Source: Planctomycetaceae bacterium (GTDB lineage Bacteria; Planctomycetota; Planctomycetia; Planctomycetales; Planctomycetaceae). From it: a stretch of 56,163 nt of DNA. The notes under the pieces were generated by a model. It was given only the letters and a program-made list of their open reading frames with translations, did no database searches and was not told where the DNA came from. The first letter of the stretch is position 1. Every line of letters starts with the position of its first letter. This document shows, one piece after another, positions 47,801-54,215 of the stretch. The stretch spans positions 1 to 56,163 of the forward strand of contig JADHNX010000001.1 in NCBI GenBank assembly GCA_016779365.1, given 5' to 3'. The position numbers and the translations under genes are program-made.

Positions 47801-47924
47801 CCTGCTGCTGCGTCACGGGGACAAGCACCGTGTCAATGCCTCGAAGTCCGAGGCCGAACGGCTCGCCCTGATCGACCTCTGCCGGGCAATGTTCAACCTG
47901 AATGAATTCATTTACATCGACTGA
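44868..47924 (+). CDS. PSCyt / DUF1549 / DUF1553 protein with an extra about 200-aa domain after the heme-c module
   Basis: The ATG overlaps the upstream stop (ATGA). [76 protein letters not shown]. Confidence 0.85.
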   Translation: [1018 protein letters not shown]

Positions 47925-47938
47925 TTGTCGAGGTCAGT

Positions 47939-49384
47939 ATGCTGAAACTTCCATCACGTCGAGATTTCTTCACTCGCTCCGCTGGCGGGTTTGCCAGTGT
48001 CGCTTTGGGTGCATTGCTCGCCGAGGAACTGCAAGCTTCACCCGAATCGAAAACTGCGATTAACCCGCTCGATCCGCTACGTGTGCGTTTGCCACACATC
48101 GCCCCTCGGGCCAAACAGGTGATCTTCCTCTTTCAATATGGAGGACCTTCAACATTCGACCTGCTGGATTACAAACCGGAGTTGATCAAACTCGACGGCC
48201 AACCCGTGCCGGAATCGTTCAAGCGGCACAACGACGAAGTTGGCGGAGTCTTCAATCACTGCAAAGACGAATTGATGGCCGGGCCGTGGAAGTGGGCTCA
48301 GCATGGTGAGTCCGGCCGCTGGTTCTCGGACCTGCTGCCGCATACGGCCCGCCACGCCGACGAACTTTGCGTGGTCCGTTCGATGTTCAGCGAGAGCTCC
48401 AACCACGCACCGGCAACGTATCTGATGAACACGGGAGCGATCCTCGGCGGCCGGCCGAGTCTTGGTTCGTGGGTGACGTACGGGCTGGGTTCGGCAAACC
48501 AGAATCTCCCCGGCTATGTGCTGCTGTACCAGGTCGCCGGGCTGGGCGGTTCGGCAAACTGGAGCAATGCCTTCCTGCCAGCGGCGTTTCAGGGGACTCA
48601 GTTCCGACACGAAGGCTCGCCCGTGTTGAACCTGTCCCCGCCGGAGCGATTGGCAGAAGTGCAGCGTTCGACGCTCGATTTCGCACAGGCACTGAATCGC
48701 CGGCACGCGGAGAAGCGGCCCGGAGTGCTCGATCTCGACGGCCGCATCGCTTCTTACGAACTTGCCTTTCGGATGCAGTCGGAAGCGCTCGAAATCGGCG
48801 AGCTGTCACAGGAAACTCAGGCGACTCAGGACGCATACGCAGTCCATGACAGCAACACGGCAAAAGCTAAATACGGACGCATGTGCCTGCTGGCACGGCG
48901 GCTGATCGAGAAAGGTGTCCGCTTCGTTCAAACATACAATTCCGTGGACAAGTTGGGTTGGGACGGCCACGACAACAACATTGACTATCATCGCCGCAAC
49001 GCCGCCCAGACGGACCAGCCGATTGCCGCGTTGCTTACCGATCTCAAACAGCGCGGCCTACTCGATACGACGCTGGTCATCTGGGCAGGCGAGTTTGGTC
49101 GCACACCGATGAAGCAGGGGGGCAGCGGCCGCAACCACAATCCCTACGGCTTCAACATCTGGATGGCTGGCGGCGGAGTAAACGCCGGAGCATCGATCGG
49201 AGCCACCGACGAGATCGGCCTCAGGGCGGCCCGGCAACCTCAGCCGATCAAGAACCTGCACGCAACCATCCTGACGGCGCTGGGACTCGCTCCCGACGAC
49301 CTGTTCTTCGAACATCAAGGCCGGCAGGAACGCCTCACCGGCGTCGCTCAAAGCTGGAAGCTGATTCCCAACGTGCTGGACTGA
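47939..49384 (+). CDS. DUF1501 (sulfatase-fold) protein
   Basis: RRDFF Tat-like N-terminus. FQYGGPSTFDLLDYKPE. AGEFGRTP...GRNHNPYGFNIWMAGGGVNAG..GATDEIG. Confidence 0.85.
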   Translation: MLKLPSRRDFFTRSAGGFASVALGALLAEELQASPESKTAINPLDPLRVRLPHIAPRAKQVIFLFQYGGPSTFDLLDYKPELIKLDGQPVPESFKRHNDEVGGVFNHCKDELMAGPWKWAQHGESGRWFSDLLPHTARHADELCVVRSMFSESSNHAPATYLMNTGAILGGRPSLGSWVTYGLGSANQNLPGYVLLYQVAGLGGSANWSNAFLPAAFQGTQFRHEGSPVLNLSPPERLAEVQRSTLDFAQALNRRHAEKRPGVLDLDGRIASYELAFRMQSEALEIGELSQETQATQDAYAVHDSNTAKAKYGRMCLLARRLIEKGVRFVQTYNSVDKLGWDGHDNNIDYHRRNAAQTDQPIAALLTDLKQRGLLDTTLVIWAGEFGRTPMKQGGSGRNHNPYGFNIWMAGGGVNAGASIGATDEIGLRAARQPQPIKNLHATILTALGLAPDDLFFEHQGRQERLTGVAQSWKLIPNVLD

Positions 49385-49601
49385 CCTTGAGTCACAAATT
49401 CCTGGGAAGATTGAATGTGGAATAGTTGTGGACTCAACTACGTGTATTTCAACTTTGACGCGAACTTGGTGTAAGGCCCTGTCGCCCAGTGGGTTATTGC
49501 GCCTGACGACGGAGCGGCTCGGAGGCGTTTTGGCAACTACGCCGGTGTGTCAGCCGCCCGAAGTGCCCAAAAGCCTCCTGATAGCTAAAAGAAAGCGACA
49601 G

Positions 49602-49629
49602 GTTGGGCCGCCCCGGTGGGCGGCCCAAC
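49602..49629 (-). terminator. Intrinsic terminator candidate closing the minus-strand operon
   Basis: The 11-12-bp GC-rich stem gttgggccgcc / ggcggcccaac has a short loop. On the minus strand it is followed by tgtcgctttcttttag (U-rich). Confidence 0.6.
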
Positions 49630-49654
49630 TGCCGAGCGTGCTGGCCAACGATGT

Positions 49655-49786
49655 TCAGCGCCGTCGTCGGCGGCGACCGCGGGAGCGGCCGACGTTGTAG
49701 CCTTTGCGGCTACCAATGCGTTTGCCCGATTTGTAACACCACCAGGCAATCGCGGCCAGCACGGCGAGTCCAAACAGACTTTCCAT
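49655..49786 (-). CDS. 43-aa predicted membrane peptide with poly-Arg tail (not in the ORF track)
   Basis: The ATG at 49786 is preceded by AGGGGA. Translation is MESLFGLAVLAAIAWWCYKSGKRIGSRKGYNVGRSRGRRRRRR, with one hydrophobic helix and a basic tail. It lies immediately upstream of the terminator. Confidence 0.45.
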   Translation of the reverse strand: MESLFGLAVLAAIAWWCYKSGKRIGSRKGYNVGRSRGRRRRRR

Positions 49787-49880
49787 GTGGTCCCCTATCT
49801 CTATTCATGTTCGTATCCGGCCATCATTCCTCGTCGGGAACAACGGTCAATCCAGGCATGGTATCCTCCTTGTCGATGAT

Positions 49881-50717
49881 TCAGCCCTGCCACTGGCGAC
49901 AATGGGTTTCGCGGAAGTCGCACATCGAGCACGTCCAACCGGGCCGATACACGAACCGATTGGACTGTAGATCATCGACGTAGGCGCGGATCACGGCGAA
50001 TAGCCGCCGAAAGTGTGCATCGCCGCGGGCGGGGTAACGGTGTGTTTCAACCTTCGGGGTCTTCGTCTTGATGAGGCTGCGGATTTGCAGTTCTTGTTCG
50101 GTCGCACCAAACACGTGCCGGAATGCGTAGGCGTAACAGGACAACTGAACTTCGTGCGAAATCTCCAGCGGTGCGCTCGATCGCGCTGCCGTCTTGAAAT
50201 CAACAATCGTCAGCCCGGCTTGCGATTCGAGAACAAGATCGACGAATCCAAACAACGCCACGCCCAAGTCCTCCCCGGTCTCCGGATCGACCAGCGGACA
50301 CTCCAGCGGCCTTTCGACGGCGATTGGGAAGCCTTCGTTGGCATCTCGTGTATCAAGATAGGCTTCGACCAATCCGATCGTTTGATGTTTCAGCACCGCT
50401 TCGTCGTTGAACGAAGCGAACTGCATATCTTCAGCAGCGACCGCTTCGTCCCAAGATCCGGAAATATGCTGCGCGACATCTGTGGCTGACAGATGGTCGC
50501 CGTCCTGTCGATGGCGATAGAAAAACTCCAAGCCATCGTGGACGCGCTTGCCAAGAAACAGGCTCGGCGATGTCGGCTCCTTGATGCCTTCCACGTAACG
50601 CAGCTTGAACTTTAACGGGCACGACAGCCAGGTGTTCAATCTGGTGGGCGAAACGTAATCGAGAAGTCCCGAACTGTCATCGCGCGCACGATCAGCACGG
50701 GTAATTGTTGCGATCAT
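49881..50717 (-). CDS. PD-(D/E)XK nuclease, RecB/Cas4-like with 4-Cys cluster
   Basis: The ATG at 50717 is preceded by GGAGAA. N-terminus YVSPTRLNTWLSCPLKFKLRYVEGI. GFVDLVLE...IVDFKT (D...D/ExK). QLSCYAY (QxxxY). C-terminal CSMCDFRETHC together with the N-terminal Cys gives a Cas4/AddB-type Fe-S signature. Confidence 0.8.
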   Translation of the reverse strand: MIATITRADRARDDSSGLLDYVSPTRLNTWLSCPLKFKLRYVEGIKEPTSPSLFLGKRVHDGLEFFYRHRQDGDHLSATDVAQHISGSWDEAVAAEDMQFASFNDEAVLKHQTIGLVEAYLDTRDANEGFPIAVERPLECPLVDPETGEDLGVALFGFVDLVLESQAGLTIVDFKTAARSSAPLEISHEVQLSCYAYAFRHVFGATEQELQIRSLIKTKTPKVETHRYPARGDAHFRRLFAVIRAYVDDLQSNRFVYRPGWTCSMCDFRETHCRQWQG

Positions 50718-50809
50718 ATTGTTCTCCAAATGAGAAACCCCGACAGCGCACTGGTTCGTAGCCATTGCGTTGACAGGGCTTTGTCGTGATAGGTTGTCGA
50801 GCTATCCAC

Positions 50810-51478
50810 CTAAGCGACCGTGCATTCGCCGGCCAGCAGATTGAGCGTGGTGTCGCCATCGACGGGAAGGCCACGCAACCAGCGGGTGAACTGGTGGACC
50901 ATCAGTCCGGCCGCGATACTGGCTGCGTAGATCGTGCTACGGGACGTGCAACTACCGGTCTGAGCATCTGCCGGGGCAAACAACGTGTTGGCGTAGCGGC
51001 CGAATGTGTCGGCATCGTTGGCAGCGAGGATACGAATGGTTTCGCCCAACATGCGGCCGTCCACCCAGAACCGGCAGTGGTTTGCCACAGATCGCCAGAT
51101 AGCAGCCCGCGCAGAGATTGAATCGACACAGCAAAACACCGCTTCCCCGATCTGCTGCTTTGCACGGTAGCGATCCTGAATCGTCGCAACGTGAATTGAA
51201 GCATCGAGACGACGAATGGCTGTAGCCGTTGCAAGCACTTTCGGCTGGCCTACATCGTTAGCCGTGTAGCCTTGGGTCGTGACGTTCGTCACATCCACTG
51301 TGTCAAAATCGACCAACTGAATGCGCGGAGCGCCAATGGCAGCGAGTTGCAACGCCACTTGACGACCAATGGCGCCGACGCCGATGACGGTGGTCGCGAC
51401 TTCGGCGAGGCGATCGATCGGTACAAGGTCCCGCTGTCGTGTGAATCGATCTTGCGGAGTGATCTCAGGTGCGTTCAT
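50810..51478 (-). CDS. ThiF/MoeB/HesA-type E1-like adenylating enzyme (minimal, 222 aa)
   Basis: [41 protein letters not shown] is a Rossmann/ATP motif. The ATG overlaps the JAB stop (ATGA). Confidence 0.85.
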   Translation of the reverse strand: MNAPEITPQDRFTRQRDLVPIDRLAEVATTVIGVGAIGRQVALQLAAIGAPRIQLVDFDTVDVTNVTTQGYTANDVGQPKVLATATAIRRLDASIHVATIQDRYRAKQQIGEAVFCCVDSISARAAIWRSVANHCRFWVDGRMLGETIRILAANDADTFGRYANTLFAPADAQTGSCTSRSTIYAASIAAGLMVHQFTRWLRGLPVDGDTTLNLLAGECTVA

Positions 51479-52179
51479 AGTATCAGTTCCTCCGCTTCTT
51501 CTTCCTCCGCCGCATAGTCGAACCAGCTTTCATACCAGGCGTCGGTCGGTTCCTCGTCAAATGGCGAGGCAAGGACCGGCTCCAATGTCGAAGCCATGCC
51601 GCGTCTCAGTTGTTCGGCGTGTACGTTGGCCAGATACTCCTGCTCCCAGGTGTCGGGTTCAGTGGCAGAGAATGGGCGCGAGTAATCGACCCCGACGGGA
51701 ATTTCAACTTCAGCGCATGGCCCGACGTTGAAGCGCAGCCGAGCGTACGACTGGCCTTCGCAATCGAGAATGAACATCACAGCCCAGTCGGCGCGGCCGA
51801 AAACGCGCTCGAACGTCTCCTCGTCCGTCATACTCGGACGCGGGCAGTCTCCGGGATGCGTATGCACCCAGATCCGGGCGAATTGCTCGGGACGCCGCTC
51901 CGCATCTACTTGCCGGTCAAAGAAATCGGCGACCGACTCGTCGTCGAACGCAACATGCGCCCATGAGCACACTTGCTTGACGAGTTGAATGTCTTCGACG
52001 AACAGCAGGTCGTCGCTCGCCGCGATCCCGAAGCCGCCGACTTCCGTGTCTCCATAATCACGCAGGAACAGCAACTTGGCCCACGCGGTGGGGCTGAATC
52101 GGAGCGTCTGCGTCGTCGCGACTGTGGCTGCTTCCGTCACTTTCCGTTTCTTCTGCTTCTTCTTCAAGTGCTTGGTCAT
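51475..52179 (-). CDS. JAB/MPN (JAMM) metallopeptidase; start uncertain (ATG at 52179, 52206 or 52233)
   Basis: EVGGFG Glu motif and JAMM motif [15 protein letters not shown] (HxHx7Sx2D). Confidence 0.85.
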   Translation of the reverse strand: MTKHLKKKQKKRKVTEAATVATTQTLRFSPTAWAKLLFLRDYGDTEVGGFGIAASDDLLFVEDIQLVKQVCSWAHVAFDDESVADFFDRQVDAERRPEQFARIWVHTHPGDCPRPSMTDEETFERVFGRADWAVMFILDCEGQSYARLRFNVGPCAEVEIPVGVDYSRPFSATEPDTWEQEYLANVHAEQLRRGMASTLEPVLASPFDEEPTDAWYESWFDYAAEEEEAEELIL

Positions 52180-53113
52180 GGCAATCAGAACACCTTTCGT
52201 TGTCATTGAGGCAGCCCTGGCAGAGTTCGGCATCACAACGCGAGCAATGCTTCATGCAGCCGCTGCAATGATTGTCATCGCAGCCTTCGCAGCGCGTCGT
52301 GCATTCGTTGCAGAAGATGCCGTCGCAGCCGGGGCAGTTGTAGTAACATTCGCCGCACACCGTCGTCTCGCACTTTTCGCACGTCCACCGCTCGTCGTCG
52401 CAAACCGTGCTGCCGCAGTCGGCGCACTCCACGCCATGCCAATCCGATAGTGAAACGAACGGACTGCCCGAGTTGTACGTGCGCAGCAAGTTGGCGACGA
52501 TCAGGAAGAAATCGAGCAAGCAGCCCCGCTCCAGCGCTTTGCGAATCGGCTGATGGCCGTCGCCTTCACAAACCGCTTCGTCTTGCACGTGCGGATGCGT
52601 GACGCTTTCGTTCGCGGCGGCCGGTTTGGGATCGACCGCAATCACGCGGTAGTTGGACGGATGGCCTTCCAGCAAGTCGGTCCAGTCGAGGCGAATCTCG
52701 AAGGGGCCCAAGTAGACGCTATCCAGTTCAATGGCTTCCGTCGTGACCGACAGCGTGCGTTGCCTTAGATTGAAGGCGACATCTTCAAATTCATCGTGCA
52801 GCGCAACCAGGTCAGAATAGATGTCGCCCACCGTTGCAATGCGATCTTCCCTGCCCGAGGGTCGAAGCCCGTGGTCGAGTTCGGCAACCTCAAGGCGAAG
52901 TCGCTCGACAGCCAAACGCAGGTCGTGGTTCAGCCGATTGGTGGCCACGTTCCAGCCGCGCTGCGTAGCTCTCTGCAATTTGCGGTTCAGCGTTTCACAT
53001 CGTTGCCACGTTGCCGCTGGCAGCGCAACGCATTTGTCGCGTGTAGTTTTCGAGTGGAGCCGCTCATGGATCGCGATCGCCATCCGCATGAGCAACCGTT
53101 GTTGTCGCGTCAT
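52058..53113 (-). CDS. E2 (UBC)-like protein with helical N-terminus and a C-terminal 21-Cys poly-CxxC metal-binding domain plus acidic tail
   Basis: [14 protein letters not shown] (nt 52568-52597) resembles the HPN/HPH-x(6-7)-Cys active-site flap of E2 enzymes and is preceded by a beta-meander-like segment. Residues 230-312 carry ten CxxC pairs. The gene position between Ubl and JAB/E1 fits an E2. Confidence 0.65.
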   Translation of the reverse strand: MTRQQRLLMRMAIAIHERLHSKTTRDKCVALPAATWQRCETLNRKLQRATQRGWNVATNRLNHDLRLAVERLRLEVAELDHGLRPSGREDRIATVGDIYSDLVALHDEFEDVAFNLRQRTLSVTTEAIELDSVYLGPFEIRLDWTDLLEGHPSNYRVIAVDPKPAAANESVTHPHVQDEAVCEGDGHQPIRKALERGCLLDFFLIVANLLRTYNSGSPFVSLSDWHGVECADCGSTVCDDERWTCEKCETTVCGECYYNCPGCDGIFCNECTTRCEGCDDNHCSGCMKHCSRCDAELCQGCLNDNERCSDCHDQALEEEAEETESDGSSHSRDDADAPIQPHRVGQVAVPA

Positions 53114-53145
53114 AGTTCATTACTCCAGGTGGCCACCACCCGCGG

Positions 53146-53173
53146 CGCCACCGAGCGCTGAGGCTCGGTGGCG
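53146..53173 (-). promoter_or_regulatory. Intercistronic perfect 11-bp GC-rich hairpin between the Ubl and E2 genes (no U-run)
   Basis: cgccaccgagc (53146-53156) pairs with gctcggtggcg (53163-53173). The adjacent 10-bp palindrome ggtggccacc lies at 53129-53138. Confidence 0.6.
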
Positions 53174-53189
53174 CGCGGATGGCATGAGA

Positions 53190-53414
53190 TTACGAGTTCG
53201 CGCCCTCGATCTTCGTCGGCGTGATGGAGATGCGATCGCCTTCACACAAAACTTGATCTGCCGGGCACGGCTGACGATTAACGCGGATCAGATAGTGGCT
53301 CGGCTTGGTGGAGCCGATTTGACGCTCGAACAGTTGGGCGACTGTCGTGCCGTCGGCGACGTCCACGTAGTCAGCGAATCCGCCACCGTCGTTGTTGATG
53401 ACCAGAATCTTCAT
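53190..53414 (-). CDS. Ubiquitin-like beta-grasp protein (ThiS/MoaD-like), 74 aa
   Basis: The ATG is preceded by AAGGA. MKILVIN...[12 protein letters not shown]...YLIRVNRQP...[19 protein letters not shown] has the size and hydrophobic pattern of a beta-grasp fold and a Gly near the C-terminus. It lies directly upstream of E2-JAB-E1. Confidence 0.7.
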   Translation of the reverse strand: MKILVINNDGGGFADYVDVADGTTVAQLFERQIGSTKPSHYLIRVNRQPCPADQVLCEGDRISITPTKIEGANS

Positions 53415-53463
53415 ATGTGTCCTTTCACGAGTTGTGTTGAATGGGAAATCGATATCGTTGACA

Positions 53464-53652
53464 TCAAGTCGGTTGCCGCACCTGCCGTCGTCGCTTTCGA
53501 CGTCGCGAGGCGGTTTTGACTTCGCGCCCTACTCGCTGTTGGCCACCGCGCAATTGCTTTAGCAGGTTCGAATCAACGTTGAGGGCAGCGGAATCATCTG
53601 TCGTGGCGGCAGCGCTAAGTTGATGTCGTTGCTCAAGCGACGACCGGTTCAT
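53464..53652 (-). CDS. 62-aa hypothetical basic protein
   Basis: The ATG at 53652 has GGAGG 7 nt upstream. It overlaps the end of the HTH gene by 20 nt. It has an Arg/Lys-rich tail and no recognisable motif. Confidence 0.35.
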   Translation of the reverse strand: MNRSSLEQRHQLSAAATTDDSAALNVDSNLLKQLRGGQQRVGREVKTASRRRKRRRQVRQPT

Positions 53653-53848
53653 AGCGAGGCCTCCGCGTTCCTGTTTCGTGACGCTGGGCCTCTAATTCGT
53701 CCCAGTCGATGACGTAGGGTCCGAGTTCGTCGGAATCAGGATCGAGACAGTCGCCGGGTTCGGCGAGCAGGAACCCGAGGCGTTTGATGGTGGAAACGGT
53801 TTCGCCCGTGGCGCGGGCGACGGCGCGGTCGAGATCGGCTTGTTTCAT
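53633..53848 (-). CDS. 71-aa protein with probable helix-turn-helix
   Basis: DLDRAVARATGETVSTIKRLGF fits an HTH pattern. GGAG lies upstream of the ATG. It is the first gene after the terminator. Confidence 0.45.
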   Translation of the reverse strand: MKQADLDRAVARATGETVSTIKRLGFLLAEPGDCLDPDSDELGPYVIDWDELEAQRHETGTRRPRYEPVVA

Positions 53849-53875
53849 GGAAAGTGCTCCTGTTTAGGATAGGGA

Positions 53876-53925
53876 AACAAAAAAGGCCCCGGCCGCGCAG
53901 ATCAAGTTGTCTGCACGGACGGGGC
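53876..53925 (-). terminator. Intrinsic terminator separating the AAA+ module from the Ubl operon
   Basis: On the minus strand gccccgtccg...cggccggggc forms a stem of 10 bp (1 mismatch) plus 4 inner bp. It is followed by ttttttgttt (plus-strand A-run at 53876-53884). Confidence 0.65.
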
Positions 53926-53956
53926 GAAACGGTTTACGTGTTGTCGTTGACGACGG

Positions 53957-54205
53957 TCAGTCGAGCGGTGGGAACAGCCAGTGCGTGTGCAACCACTCGG
54001 ACTCCGCGTTGAGGGCGTCGCTTCGGCGAGCAAATGGGCCGAGCCGTGGCCCGCCTACCGGCGCCAGATCAGCGAACCACCGACCGTCTTGATCGGGCTC
54101 AACGTGTGAACCACGAGAAATGGAAGCTCGCCCGATTTGGGCGAGGTCGATGGTTTCGGCGTAGATGCAGCGGATTGTGCCGTCGGGAGAGATCAGAAGT
54201 TGCAT
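53957..54205 (-). CDS. 82-aa hypothetical protein
   Basis: The ATG at 54205 is 10 nt after the upstream stop. MQLLISPDGTIRCIYAETIDLAQIG...WFADLAPVGGPRLGPF...AESEWL. The longer track ORF (to 54412) overlaps the previous gene. Confidence 0.5.
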   Translation of the reverse strand: MQLLISPDGTIRCIYAETIDLAQIGRASISRGSHVEPDQDGRWFADLAPVGGPRLGPFARRSDALNAESEWLHTHWLFPPLD

Positions 54206-54215
54206 GGCTGTATCT

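Noticed and set aside
49824-49859. 11-codon minus-strand ORF (MPGLTVVPDEE) with a very strong AAGGAGGA ribosome-binding site between the nuclease and the 43-aa peptide gene
   Set aside because: It is too short to evaluate and has no conservation evidence. It may be a leader peptide or chance, so it is not reported as a feature.
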